From: Chloroflexi bacterium CSP1-4 | GTDB lineage: Bacteria; Chloroflexota; Limnocylindria; Limnocylindrales; CSP1-4 | Reading direction: 5' to 3' | Length of the DNA stretch: 64,000 nt | NCBI GenBank assembly: GCA_001443375.1 | Contig: LDXM01000006.1 | Span: 18,133 to 82,132 of the forward strand | Shown here: positions 20,814-30,052 of the stretch, in pieces | Position numbering within the stretch: the first letter of the stretch is position 1 | How the letters are laid out: every line of letters begins with the position of its first letter | Notes under the pieces: model-generated | What the model was told of the DNA's origin: nothing | Database searches by the model: none | Seen by the model: the letters and a program-made list of their open reading frames with translations, nothing else | Position numbers and translations under genes: made by a program

Positions 20814-21011
20814 CTAGAGGTACGGCAGCAGACGCCGGATCTGCGCGGCGTGCGTGGTGTCGAGGACCGCCTTGCCGGCGTACCGGCGCGTGCGGCGTGA
20901 GGACTTCAGCTCCAGATGGTGTCCCCGCCAGGCCTTGACCCGGACGACCTTGCCGCCCCCGGTCACGCCGAAGCGCTTCTGGGTCGCCTTGTGGCTCTTC
21001 ATCTTCGGCAC
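20814..21011 (-). CDS. rpmI: 50S ribosomal protein L35
   Basis: GTG start; MPKMKSHKATQKRF..TGGGK...LLPY; lies between infC and rplT. Confidence 0.93.
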   Translation of the reverse strand: MPKMKSHKATQKRFGVTGGGKVVRVKAWRGHHLELKSSRRTRRYAGKAVLDTTHAAQIRRLLPYL

Positions 21012-21016
21012 GGTCG

Positions 21017-21667
21017 TCAGTCTCCTGCGGGGGGCGGGGCCGGCGGGGCCTCGTCCGGTGCCGCACCCAGCCCTGAGGCCGGTGCGACGGGTAGTGGCGG
21101 GACCGGCAGCGGGGCGCCCGCCCCGTCGTCCGTCGGCCCGGCGGCATGGCTCTTCGGTTTGTGCGTCGAGGTGATCACGAGCCACATCGACTTCCCCTCG
21201 AGAAGGGGCTGGCGCTCGATGGCGCCGTGCTCGCCGACCTGCTCGGCGAACTTGAGGAGCAGATCGCGGCCCAGGTAGGCATGTGTCAACTCGCGTCCGC
21301 GGAAGCGACACGAGACCTTGATCCGGTCGCCGTCCTCCAGGAACTGGGTGGCGCGGCGGACCTTGGTATCGAAATCACCCTTGCCGATCTTCGGGCTGAG
21401 GCGGATCTCCTTGAACTCGACCGACCGCTGGTGGCGGCGGGCCTCCTTCTCACGGCGCGTCTGCTCGTATTTGTATTGGCCGTAGTCGAGCAGGCGGGTG
21501 ACCGGCGGGGCGGCCATGGGAGCCACCTCGACGAGGTCGACCCCCTTCTCCTGCGCGAGCCTGAGAGCCTCGACGGTGGGCATCACCCCGAGCTGGCTCC
21601 CGTCTTCGTCCACCACCCGCACCTGCGGGACGCGGATCATCTCGTTGATGCGCAGGTCTCGACTCAG
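21017..21667 (-). CDS. infC: Translation initiation factor IF-3 (probable non-canonical CTG start)
   Basis: RINEMIRVPQVRVVD, DLVEVAP, PPV.RLLDYG.YKY, KEIRLSPKI, RFRGRE; SD GGAAGAGGA then CTG at 21667. Confidence 0.93.
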   Translation of the reverse strand: MSRDLRINEMIRVPQVRVVDEDGSQLGVMPTVEALRLAQEKGVDLVEVAPMAAPPVTRLLDYGQYKYEQTRREKEARRHQRSVEFKEIRLSPKIGKGDFDTKVRRATQFLEDGDRIKVSCRFRGRELTHAYLGRDLLLKFAEQVGEHGAIERQPLLEGKSMWLVITSTHKPKSHAAGPTDDGAGAPLPVPPLPVAPASGLGAAPDEAPPAPPPAGD

Positions 21668-21744
21668 GCTCGTTCCTCTTCCGTGCGTTTGGGGGCCGGC
21701 AGGCGCGCGAACAAGGCCGACTCTCGGCGTCGGTTGCCCGCGGG

Positions 21745-21774
21745 ACTATAGCACGGGCTTTCCGAGAGCCGCAA
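21745..21774 (-). promoter_or_regulatory. sigma70-type promoter of infC-rpmI-rplT
   Basis: TTGCGG-N18-TATAGT with extended TGn. Confidence 0.6.
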
Positions 21775-21786
21775 CGCGAGCCGAAG

Positions 21787-21808
21787 GTGTTCGGTGCAAG
21801 CCGAACAC
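21787..21808 (-). terminator. Hairpin directly after the thrS stop
   Basis: gtgttcgg-N6-ccgaacac perfect 8-bp stem; U-tail weak. Confidence 0.45.
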
Positions 21809-21810
21809 GC

Positions 21811-23646
21811 TCAGTCCGGCCGCCGCGCGGCCGCCTCCTCCGCCAGCCGCTCGGCCAGCTCCTCCCAGCCCACCGCCGGCTGCTGCTCGCCGCCGCGCGT
21901 CCGCGGTGACGCCGTGCGTGCCTCGGCCTCGCGATCACCGAACACGAGCATGTAGGGCACCTTCTGCTCCTGCGCGAGCCGGATCTTGTTCTGCATGCGG
22001 TTCGAGCTGTTGTCCACCTCCACCCGCAGGCCGCGCGCGCGGAGGACCCCGGCCAGCTCGCCGGCCGCATCGAGATGCCGGTCGGCGATGGGTACGACGA
22101 CCGCCTGGACCGGCGCGCACCAGAAGGGGAACGCGCCGGCATAGTGCTCGGTGATGATGCCGATGAAACGCTCGAAGCTGCCGTAGATCGCATAGTGGAT
22201 GACGACCGGCCGCTCGACCCCGCCAGCGGCGGCGCGGTACTCCAGCTCGAACCGCTGAGGCAGCTGGTAGTCGAGCTGGATGGTGGCCATCTGCCACTCC
22301 CTGCCCAACGCATCCTCGACGAAGACGTCGATCTTGGGGGCGTAGAACGCACCGCCGCCCGAATCGACCGCGTAGGCGATGCCGGCCCCGTGGAGCGCCT
22401 CGGCCAGCTTGCCCTCCGCCATCTCCCAGAACTCATCGGTGCCCAGCTTTTTCTCCGGTCGCGTGGCGAGCTTGAAGCGAGGCTCGAAGCCGAACGGGCC
22501 GTACTGACGGCGCACCAGCCGGAGCGCCAGGTTCACTTCCTCGATCACCTGGTCGTCGCGGCAGATGACGTGACTGTCATCCTGGGTCAGCTGCCGTACG
22601 CGGAACATGCCGGCCAGCGCGCCGGTTCGCTCGTTGCGGAAGAGCCAGCTGTAGTCCGCCAGCCGCATCGGCAGGTCGCGATAGGAACGCACCTGCGTCC
22701 GGAAGATCAGCATCGATTCCGGGCAGTTCATCGGCTTGAGGCCCGAGAGGTGGTCGCCGTCCTCGAAGACGAACATGTTCTCGCGGTACAGGGCCCAGTG
22801 ACCGGAGGTCTCCCACAGCTCCTTGCGCACGACCGCAGGGGTGCGCACCTCCACGAAGCCGCCCTCCAGCCGCACCTGGCGTGACCAGGCCTCCAGGGCG
22901 CGCCAGAGGGCCATGCCCCGTGGGTGCCAGAAGGGGGCGGCCGGCGATTCGGCGTGGAAGCTGAACAGGTCCAGGTCGCGACCGAGCTTGCGGTGGTCGC
23001 GCTTCTTCGCCTCCTCGCGCCGCCACAGGTAGCGCTCCAGCTCCTCCTGGGTCGCCCACACCGTGCCGTAGATGCGCTGGAGCATCGGCCGCTTCTCGTC
23101 GCCGCGCCAGTAAGCACCGGCCACCGACAGCAGCCGGAAAGGGCCGATGCGCCCGGTGGAAGCCACGTGCGGACCTCGGCAGAGGTCGATGAACGGGCCG
23201 TGCTCGTAGGTCGTCACCGGCGGCATCGGCCGGCCGGCCGCCCGGGCGGCGACGCCCAGGTCGTCGAGGATCTCCACCTTGTACGGCTGACCGCGCTCGA
23301 CGAAGAAGGCCCTCCCCTCCTCCGGCGGCAGCTCGTGGCGCACGAAGGCATGGTCGGCCGCGACCGACGCCGCCATGCGCGCCTCGATGGCGGCGAGGTC
23401 ATCCGGCGTCAAGGCCCGCGGCAGTTCGAAGTCGTAGTAGAAGCCATCGGCGATGGCCGGACCGATGCCCAGCTTCGTGCCCGGGAAGAGGTCCATGACC
23501 GCCTCGGCCATGACGTGCGCGGCGGAGTGCCGCATGGGGTCGAGCGGGTCGCCCGCGCTCGCGTCGAGCAGCTCCTCGACCGACCCTCGCTCGGGCGCGA
23601 CGAGGACCTCCTCGTCCGGCGGGGCTTGCCCCTGCGCTTCTGCCAT
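21811..23646 (-). CDS. thrS: Threonine--tRNA ligase (no N-terminal TGS domain)
   Basis: RHSAAHVMA, GFYYDF, DLCRGPH, GAYWRG, DHRKLG, KPMNCP, GAFYAPKID, GSFERF. Confidence 0.96.
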   Translation of the reverse strand: MAEAQGQAPPDEEVLVAPERGSVEELLDASAGDPLDPMRHSAAHVMAEAVMDLFPGTKLGIGPAIADGFYYDFELPRALTPDDLAAIEARMAASVAADHAFVRHELPPEEGRAFFVERGQPYKVEILDDLGVAARAAGRPMPPVTTYEHGPFIDLCRGPHVASTGRIGPFRLLSVAGAYWRGDEKRPMLQRIYGTVWATQEELERYLWRREEAKKRDHRKLGRDLDLFSFHAESPAAPFWHPRGMALWRALEAWSRQVRLEGGFVEVRTPAVVRKELWETSGHWALYRENMFVFEDGDHLSGLKPMNCPESMLIFRTQVRSYRDLPMRLADYSWLFRNERTGALAGMFRVRQLTQDDSHVICRDDQVIEEVNLALRLVRRQYGPFGFEPRFKLATRPEKKLGTDEFWEMAEGKLAEALHGAGIAYAVDSGGGAFYAPKIDVFVEDALGREWQMATIQLDYQLPQRFELEYRAAAGGVERPVVIHYAIYGSFERFIGIITEHYAGAFPFWCAPVQAVVVPIADRHLDAAGELAGVLRARGLRVEVDNSSNRMQNKIRLAQEQKVPYMLVFGDREAEARTASPRTRGGEQQPAVGWEELAERLAEEAAARRPD

Positions 23647-23664
23647 CGTCCGACCTCCAGGAAT

Positions 23665-23905
23665 CGAAACAGCCTCTCGTCCATCGACAGGACGAGAGGC
23701 TGTGCCTCCCGCGGTCCCACCCGCCTTCGCCGCCGGACGCGCCGGCGACGCTCTCGTGGCCGCGCTAACGGGCGGCGCCCGGGCCGGTTCACCGGCCGCT
23801 CACGGGTGGTGGCGACGTCCCGCCGCTCCGTCGGGGCTTCCAGCCTCGGCCCCGACTCTCTGGTGGATCGGCTCACTGCTGATCGTCGCGTCCCGCTCGG
23901 CGCGT
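23665..23905 (-). promoter_or_regulatory. T-box riboswitch (Thr, ACC specifier) with intrinsic terminator
   Basis: AGAGA and GCTGGAA stem-I motifs, ACC specifier (23810-23808), CCGTTA, T-box AAGGCGGGTGGGACCGCGG (~23727-23709), terminator acagcctctcgtcc/ggacgagaggctgt (23669-23703). Confidence 0.9.
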
Positions 23906-23915
23906 TGCTTCGCGA

Positions 23916-23992
23916 TGGTGGGCGACACTGGACTCGAACCAGTGACCTCTTGCATGTCAAGCAAGTGCTCTAACCAGCTGAGCTAGCCGCCC
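23916..23992 (-). tRNA. tRNA-Val(GAC)
   Basis: GGGCGGCTAGCTCAGCTGGTTAGAGCACTTGCTT-GAC-ATGCAAGAGGTCACTGGTTCGAGTCCAGTGTCGCCCACCA; full cloverleaf, encoded CCA; upstream TGGTATCAT -10 (24011-24003). Confidence 0.97.
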
Positions 23993-24018
23993 GCGGCTGC
24001 GGATGATACCAGAGGGTC

Positions 24019-24163
24019 CGTGGCGGGCTCTGTCGGCCGGGGAATCGAACGGCCCCCGCGACGAGCTGTCTCACCTGGGGAACCGGGTGACGTCGCGGAG
24101 GCCTTGGGCGCAATGGAACGCGCCGCTCCTTGCACGCAACCTTGCCGAACGGGGCCCGTCCGC
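24019..24163 (+). ncRNA. Putative structured ncRNA, 6S RNA-like rod
   Basis: Ends pair (24023-24037 with 24144-24159); inner stem 24051-24063/24091-24103; apical stem 24071-24090 with GGAA tetraloop; G-U pairs favour the + strand. Confidence 0.45.
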
Positions 24164-24194
24164 GCTCGGCGGTGCGTCTGTGCAACAGCGCTGC

Positions 24195-25916
24195 TCACGC
24201 GTCGAAGCCGGCCTCCCGGTAGCGCTCTTCGCCGTCGAGCAGGGTCAGGCGCGGGCGCGCCAAGGCCAGCGCGCCGCCGGGGCGCACCGGCTCGTCGATG
24301 ACAGCCGCGTCGAGCACGACAAGGTCGGCCGGCGAACCGGCCACGAGGCGCCCGCCAAGCTCGTCCCGCGCGGCCCGCCAGGGACCCGAGGTCGCCGCGC
24401 GGAGCGCCCGGTCCAGGGTGATGGACTCCTCGGGCGTCGAGGGCGGGACCCCGTCACCCCACTCGGCGGCCTGCCGCGTCACGGCCATCGCGATGCCCGG
24501 CCAGGGGTCCGCCGGCTCCACGGGCGCGTCGGTGCCGAATGCGAGGAGGCCGCCCGTCGCCTCCAGGCTGGCCAGCGCGAACGCATGGCGCGTGCGGTCG
24601 CCCCATGCCCGCCGCATGATGGTCTCGTCGCTGCGCAGCTGGACCGGCTGCAGCGAAGCCACGACACCGAGCCGCCCGAAGCGGCCGACGTCGTCGGGGT
24701 GGATGAGCTGGGCGTGCTCGATGCGCGGCCGGTATGGCAGGTCGGCCAACCGCTCCGCCGTGACGGCGGCGAAGGCGTCGAGCGTCGTGCGCACGGCGCC
24801 GTCGCCGATGGCGTGGATCATCGTGGCGATGCCCGCCTCCGCAGCCGCGGTCACGCGCTCGATCATCCGCTCGCGCGACTCGAGCAGGCGTCCCCGTGGC
24901 CCGGCCGGGAACGCGCGACCCCCGGGGTCCGCCGCGTAGGGCTCGAGCATCGCCGCGGTGCGCGAGCCGACGCTGCCGTCGCCGAAGAGCTTCAGCCAGC
25001 CGACCCGGAAGCGCGCCGCTGAGAGCCTCGCCTGGGGGTCGCCCGGATCCGCCGGCGCCACGCCCTCGCCGCTGTGCAGACCGGCCGCCACGGCCGTTTC
25101 CAGCTGCTCGTCGCGGACGCCGGCATGGACGCGCAACAACAGGCGACCCGCGGCGGCGAGGCGCCGGTAGACGAGCAGGCCGCCTTCCAGGGTGGGGTCC
25201 GGCGCGGTCGCGCCGGGGTCATGGACGCCGGCGATGCCCAGGGCGGCCAGGCGGTCGGCGTGACGGACGACCGCCTCCGCGAGGCGCTCGGACGTGGGAC
25301 GTGGGACGGCCTCCACGCCGATGCGCGTGGCGTGCTCGAAGAGGACGCCGCTCGGCTGCCCGTCCGCATCCCGCCCCACCATGCCGCCGGGCGGATCCGG
25401 CGTGCCGGCGTCGATGCCGCACGCGGCCAGCGCCGCGGGGCTCATCCAGCGCGCATGGTGGTCGTGGGCCCAGAGGGCGATGGGGCGGCCGGGCGCCACG
25501 GCCTCCAGGGCCCCCGCGGCGGGCAGCCGGCCCCAACGATCGGCCAGCCAGCCGTGGCCGAACAGCCAACCCGCGCGGTCGCCGGCCCGGACCCGTGCCT
25601 CGTGCGCGCGGGCGACGATGGCCAGCGCTTCCTCCATGGTGGTCGTCCCCTCGAGGTCGATCTCATCCGCGGTGACCGCGGCCTCGAGGAAGTGGATGTG
25701 CGCGTCGGTGACCGCGGGCGCCACGACATGCCCGTCCGGGATCCGCAGCCAACGTGTGCCGCGGGTGACGAGCACCCCTACCTCGGCCAGCGGACCGGCG
25801 GCGAGCACCCGCCCCTCCCCGACCGCGAGCGCCTCGACCCAACCCAGGCCGGCCTCGCCGGCGAGGGTCGCGATGCGCCCGACGACCAGCAGGTCGGCGC
25901 GGCTCAGGTAGGTCAT
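24195..25916 (-). CDS. Amidohydrolase 3 (YtcJ-like)
   Basis: DAHIH, KLFGDGSVGSRTA, HAIGD, RIEHAQ, FGTDAPVE, G.PADLVVL. Confidence 0.88.
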   Translation of the reverse strand: MTYLSRADLLVVGRIATLAGEAGLGWVEALAVGEGRVLAAGPLAEVGVLVTRGTRWLRIPDGHVVAPAVTDAHIHFLEAAVTADEIDLEGTTTMEEALAIVARAHEARVRAGDRAGWLFGHGWLADRWGRLPAAGALEAVAPGRPIALWAHDHHARWMSPAALAACGIDAGTPDPPGGMVGRDADGQPSGVLFEHATRIGVEAVPRPTSERLAEAVVRHADRLAALGIAGVHDPGATAPDPTLEGGLLVYRRLAAAGRLLLRVHAGVRDEQLETAVAAGLHSGEGVAPADPGDPQARLSAARFRVGWLKLFGDGSVGSRTAAMLEPYAADPGGRAFPAGPRGRLLESRERMIERVTAAAEAGIATMIHAIGDGAVRTTLDAFAAVTAERLADLPYRPRIEHAQLIHPDDVGRFGRLGVVASLQPVQLRSDETIMRRAWGDRTRHAFALASLEATGGLLAFGTDAPVEPADPWPGIAMAVTRQAAEWGDGVPPSTPEESITLDRALRAATSGPWRAARDELGGRLVAGSPADLVVLDAAVIDEPVRPGGALALARPRLTLLDGEERYREAGFDA

Positions 25917-26893
25917 CCGGCGAAGAACCGCCGCAGCCCTCCGGGGTCGAGCCCGGCGCCGAGGCCGAGCGCCAGACCGATGCGCGCCTTCGCGCCGCCA
26001 AGCGGGCCGGCCAGGATCGCCCCGGCGCGGACCCAGTGCACCCCGCCGCCGGGGAACGCGTAGGCGGGGCGCGCCTCGCCCGCGGGACAGCGCGTCGTGA
26101 GCACCACGGGGATGCCGGCCGCGATCGCCTCCTTCGCCGCCTCGAGCAGGTCGGGATGCGTGTTGCCCGCGCCGGTGGCGGCCACGACGATGCCGCGCGT
26201 CTCCGACGCCAGCGCCAGCCGCAGCGGTCGCCCGTCCTGCCCGACGAGCGCGGTCACCAGGTCGATCGGCTCGGCCGCCGCCTCGGGGATGGCGGGCAGC
26301 CAGCGTCGGCGCGCCCGACGGCGCACGATCCGCACCCGGCCCCCGAGCACGGATCCGATGGGCCCCTCGTTGAGCGCCTGGAACGTGCCGTAGGCGTCCG
26401 TGTGGGTCTTGGTGGCGTCGTCGCCGGGCAGGATGGAACCGGCCATCACGACGAGGGCACCCTGATGGCGGGCCTCGGGAGCCGCGGCGACGCGCACCGC
26501 GTCGCGCAGGTTGGCCGGTCCGTCGTAGCCCTCCTCCCCGGCGTTGCGCATCGCGCCCGTGACGACCACCGGCTTCGAGCCCGGCACGAGCAGGTCGAGC
26601 GCGAAGACCGTTTCGTCGATCGTGTCGGTGCCCTGTACGACCACCGCTCCGACGACGTCGGGTGGTTCGAGCCGCAGGCGCACGGTCGCGGCGAGGTCCA
26701 GGATCTGCGCGAAGGAGAGGTGCGAGGCCGGCACGAGGCCCCAGTCGACGGCGTCGACGGCGGCGATCTCGGCCAGGCCGTCGGTGCGCGCCAGGATGGC
26801 GGCCCCGTCGAGGACCGGCACGGCGCCGCCCAGGACCGGGTCGACGCGCATCGCGATGGTGCCGCCGGTGAAGATGACCGCGACACGGCTCAT
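25913..26893 (-). CDS. L-asparaginase family protein
   Basis: FTGGTIAM, QGTDT, PVVVTGAMR, DGPANL, KTHT, GAGN. Confidence 0.88.
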   Translation of the reverse strand: MSRVAVIFTGGTIAMRVDPVLGGAVPVLDGAAILARTDGLAEIAAVDAVDWGLVPASHLSFAQILDLAATVRLRLEPPDVVGAVVVQGTDTIDETVFALDLLVPGSKPVVVTGAMRNAGEEGYDGPANLRDAVRVAAAPEARHQGALVVMAGSILPGDDATKTHTDAYGTFQALNEGPIGSVLGGRVRIVRRRARRRWLPAIPEAAAEPIDLVTALVGQDGRPLRLALASETRGIVVAATGAGNTHPDLLEAAKEAIAAGIPVVLTTRCPAGEARPAYAFPGGGVHWVRAGAILAGPLGGAKARIGLALGLGAGLDPGGLRRFFAG

Positions 26894-28470
26894 CGGCGTG
26901 CCTCGCCTTCGGGTGCGTCGGGGCCCGCGCCAGCGGGGGGTCGGCGGCGGGGCCCCGTGGTCACCGTCACCGGATCGGCCGGTTCGAGGTGGCTGGGGAC
27001 GGCGGTGGCGAAGGCCAGCGTGGGCGCGGCGAGGATGGAGCGGAAGCCGGCCACCAGGACCAGGGCGGCGCAGGCGAGGATGACCAACTCCGGACCGATG
27101 AGGTCGGCGATCGGGCCGACGAGGATGATGGGCAGGAAGCTGGCCACGTTGACAAGCATGTTCAGCACGCCGAATACGCGCCCTCGGATCTCCTCGGGCA
27201 GCTCCTCCTGGAGCTGCGTCTGCGCCGGCACGGCCACCAGGGCGTAGGCCACCCCCGAGACGAGCGCCAGCATGACCACGATCCCGAGCAGCGAGACCAG
27301 GCCGCCGATGGTCGTCCCGTCGGTGGTGCCCTTGAGGAACATCGAGATCGGCTGGGCGAGGGCGAGCATGCCCAGCGAGACCGCCAGCGCGACCATGCCG
27401 CCCTCGATGACGCGCCGCCGGGAGAAGTAGCGCCCGTACGCGTTGAGCAACAGGATGCCGATCACCAAGCCGGCCCCGAGCGGCAGCAGCACGACCGCCA
27501 GGCCCTCGTCGGTCAGGCCCAGGGAGTTGCGTGCGAAGCCGGGCCCGAGGACGCCGAGGACGCCGATGAGGGAGGCGCTGATGGCCAGGTAGCTGAGCGA
27601 CCAGAAGATGCTGGGGTTGTCGCGGATGAAGCGCAGGCCCTCGCGCAGCTCGCCGAACGTCGAGGCGACCGCCTGCTCGGCCTCGCCGATGGCGCGCGTG
27701 GCCGAGAGCCTCTCGCCGGGCTGCGGGACTGGCGCCGGTGGCAGGATGAAGCACAGGACGGCCGCCCCGAAGTACAGCCCGGCCACCAGGATGATCAGCG
27801 CGTTCACGCTCGTGACGCCCACCACGAGCGGGCCGAGCAGCGCGAAGCCGATGGCGAACGAGGCCTGCAACGTCAGCGTGAAGAGGCTGTTCGCCGCGAG
27901 CAGCTGGCGCCGGTCCACGAGGACCGGGATCATCGAGGCCTCGGCCGGCGCGAAGAAGACGGTCAGCGTGGAGACCACGATGGTCAGCAGGTAGATGTAG
28001 GCCAGCTGGCTGTCCACGGCCACCATGGCCACGAAGGCGAGGCCACGCGCGACGTTGGTGGCGATGAGCACCTTGCGCCGATCGAGCCGGTCCACGTAGA
28101 CCCCGGCGAGGGCGCTGAAGACGACGGCCGGCACGAGGAAGCTGAGGATCAGCAGGCTGACCGCCGAGTTCGAGTTCGTCCTCGCACTGACCAGCACGGT
28201 CAGGCCGAAGAGGACCATGTTGCCGCCGATCTGGCTGGCGACCTGGGCCAGCCAGAGGGCGAGGAAGCGGCGGTTCCTGAGGACGCCGGCGACCGTGGTA
28301 TCGACCGCCGGGCCCTCGGCCTCCTCCTCGGCCACGGCCGGGCCGCGCAGCTCGACAGCGCGCTCCACCATGGACAGACCGGCCGCCTCTTCGGCGATGA
28401 AAGTGCTCGATGCGTGATCGGGCGCCGGCTCGTCGTCGAGCGCCAGCCGCGTCTGCTCGAGCTCGTTCAT
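26890..28470 (-). CDS. MFS transporter (DHA3-like)
   Basis: RNRRFLALWLAQ..SQIG, GVYVDRLDRRKVL, FFAPAE, GRVFG; ~12 TM helices. Confidence 0.88.
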   Translation of the reverse strand: MNELEQTRLALDDEPAPDHASSTFIAEEAAGLSMVERAVELRGPAVAEEEAEGPAVDTTVAGVLRNRRFLALWLAQVASQIGGNMVLFGLTVLVSARTNSNSAVSLLILSFLVPAVVFSALAGVYVDRLDRRKVLIATNVARGLAFVAMVAVDSQLAYIYLLTIVVSTLTVFFAPAEASMIPVLVDRRQLLAANSLFTLTLQASFAIGFALLGPLVVGVTSVNALIILVAGLYFGAAVLCFILPPAPVPQPGERLSATRAIGEAEQAVASTFGELREGLRFIRDNPSIFWSLSYLAISASLIGVLGVLGPGFARNSLGLTDEGLAVVLLPLGAGLVIGILLLNAYGRYFSRRRVIEGGMVALAVSLGMLALAQPISMFLKGTTDGTTIGGLVSLLGIVVMLALVSGVAYALVAVPAQTQLQEELPEEIRGRVFGVLNMLVNVASFLPIILVGPIADLIGPELVILACAALVLVAGFRSILAAPTLAFATAVPSHLEPADPVTVTTGPRRRPPAGAGPDAPEGEARR

Positions 28471-28691
28471 GCGGTCGATCCGGGCTCGGGTCCGCGTTCG
28501 ACGTACCCGCGGAAGCGCCGCTCCAGGTCGCCGCGTGCGAGCAGGATACGGCGGCGGCAGCCGTCGCAGACGAGGCCGATGTCCGCGCCCAGGCGCACCA
28601 CCGACCAGCGGCGCTCGCCGCAGGGGTGGGGTCGGGCCAGCTCGATGCGGTCCCCCAGGCGGAGTTCGAGCACCGGCCGCGGCGTGGCCAT
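28467..28691 (-). CDS. DUF951 family protein
   Basis: LGD.I...RPHPCG...W.V.RLGADI.L.C.GC.R.IL. Confidence 0.85.
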   Translation of the reverse strand: MATPRPVLELRLGDRIELARPHPCGERRWSVVRLGADIGLVCDGCRRRILLARGDLERRFRGYVERGPEPGSTA

Positions 28692-28699
28692 GGTCCTGC

Positions 28700-30052
28700 T
28701 CAATGCTCCGTCGCCCCGGTGAACGTGAAGGCGCTCAGGCGCAGTGCCGGCACGACCACGGGCCCGAGGTATCCGCGCAGGAGCCGTCGCTCGCGGGATA
28801 CCGCCTCCACGCCGGCGAGCGCCGCCAGGTAGCTCTGCGTGAAGCGCAGGTTCCGCACCGGCCCCACGACCCGCCCGTCCTCGACCAGAAAGAGCCCGTC
28901 GCGCGTCATGCCGGTGATGATGGCCAGCTTCGGGTGCACGGTGTTCGTATAGTGGAAGCGCGTCACCAGCAGGCCCCGATCGAGGCCGGCAACGAGGTCA
29001 TCGCGCGGCGTCTCGCCGGCGGCCATGAGCTGGTTGAGCGGGAAGGGGCCCCAGGGGTTCGGCGCGGGCAGGCCGTGGCCCGTCGAGCGACGGCCGGCGC
29101 GGGCGGCCGTCTGTGCGTCGTAGACGACGTCGCGGCAGACACCGCGCTCGATGAGCGTCACGCGCTCCTTGGCGACCCCCTCGTAGTCGAACGAGGCAGG
29201 CATGCCGGCTGGGTCCCTCGCGTCGTCCACGATCGTCACCAACTCGGAGCCGACGACCCGCCCCGCTTCGTGGAACGAGCGCCCCTCCTGGACGGCGAGG
29301 GCGGAGAAGCCGATATAGCCGAGCGTATCGAGCACGTCGGCCACGGCGTACTCCTCGAGCACGACGGGGTAATCTCCGGGCTCCACGGCCACGGCGCCGC
29401 GAGAGTGGCGCGCCTTCGAGGCCGCCTCGCGTCCCACGGCAGCGGCATCGATCGTCGTCGCGTCGACCGCGTCCGCCTCCGCATAGCCAGCCTCGCCGTC
29501 CGGCCCCATGCACACCGTGATGAGCTGCGCCCAGGTCCGCTCCTCAAAGGCCCGCACGCCCTTCGAGTTGACGATCCCGACCCGCTCCAGGTGCGTGGCG
29601 AGGGAGCCGTAGGCGAGGACACCCGCCGCGTCGGCCGCGGCGATGACCTCGCGCGCGGCCGCGGCGCGCATCTCCGGCGACGTCGACGCGGTGCCGGGGC
29701 TGTAGGCGCCAGCCACGGGCGTGATGGGGCCCGGCTCGGGCAGCTCGACGGCCTCCTCCAGCTCTGGCTGGAGGCGCGCCGTGCGCGCCGCGCTGGCGGC
29801 CAGCCGCCGCAGCGACGCCTCGTCGAGGCGGTTGGTGGCCGCGCAGCCGACCCGCCGGCCATCGACGAAGCGAAGGCTGAGGCGCCGGTCGAGCGTGGCC
29901 ACGTTCTGATGGATCTCGCTGTTGGCGAAACGCGTCAGCGCCGACTCGTCGGCGTCGACGAGCACCTCGGCCTGGCTCGCGCCCTCGGCAGCGGCGAAGC
30001 CGAGCAGCCGATCCGCGAGCACGAGCATCTCCTCGCCCGCCGCGATCACCAT
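28700..30052 (-). CDS. TldE/PmbA family protein
   Basis: TRFANSEIHQN, FDYEG, GLLVTRFHY, TGMTRDG, PVRNLRF. Confidence 0.88.
   Translation of the reverse strand: MVIAAGEEMLVLADRLLGFAAAEGASQAEVLVDADESALTRFANSEIHQNVATLDRRLSLRFVDGRRVGCAATNRLDEASLRRLAASAARTARLQPELEEAVELPEPGPITPVAGAYSPGTASTSPEMRAAAAREVIAAADAAGVLAYGSLATHLERVGIVNSKGVRAFEERTWAQLITVCMGPDGEAGYAEADAVDATTIDAAAVGREAASKARHSRGAVAVEPGDYPVVLEEYAVADVLDTLGYIGFSALAVQEGRSFHEAGRVVGSELVTIVDDARDPAGMPASFDYEGVAKERVTLIERGVCRDVVYDAQTAARAGRRSTGHGLPAPNPWGPFPLNQLMAAGETPRDDLVAGLDRGLLVTRFHYTNTVHPKLAIITGMTRDGLFLVEDGRVVGPVRNLRFTQSYLAALAGVEAVSRERRLLRGYLGPVVVPALRLSAFTFTGATEH

Noticed and set aside
24041..24050. ggaatcgaac (reverse complement GTTCGATTCC) as a second tRNA T-loop
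   Set aside because: No cloverleaf can be built around it; treated as part of the putative structured RNA.
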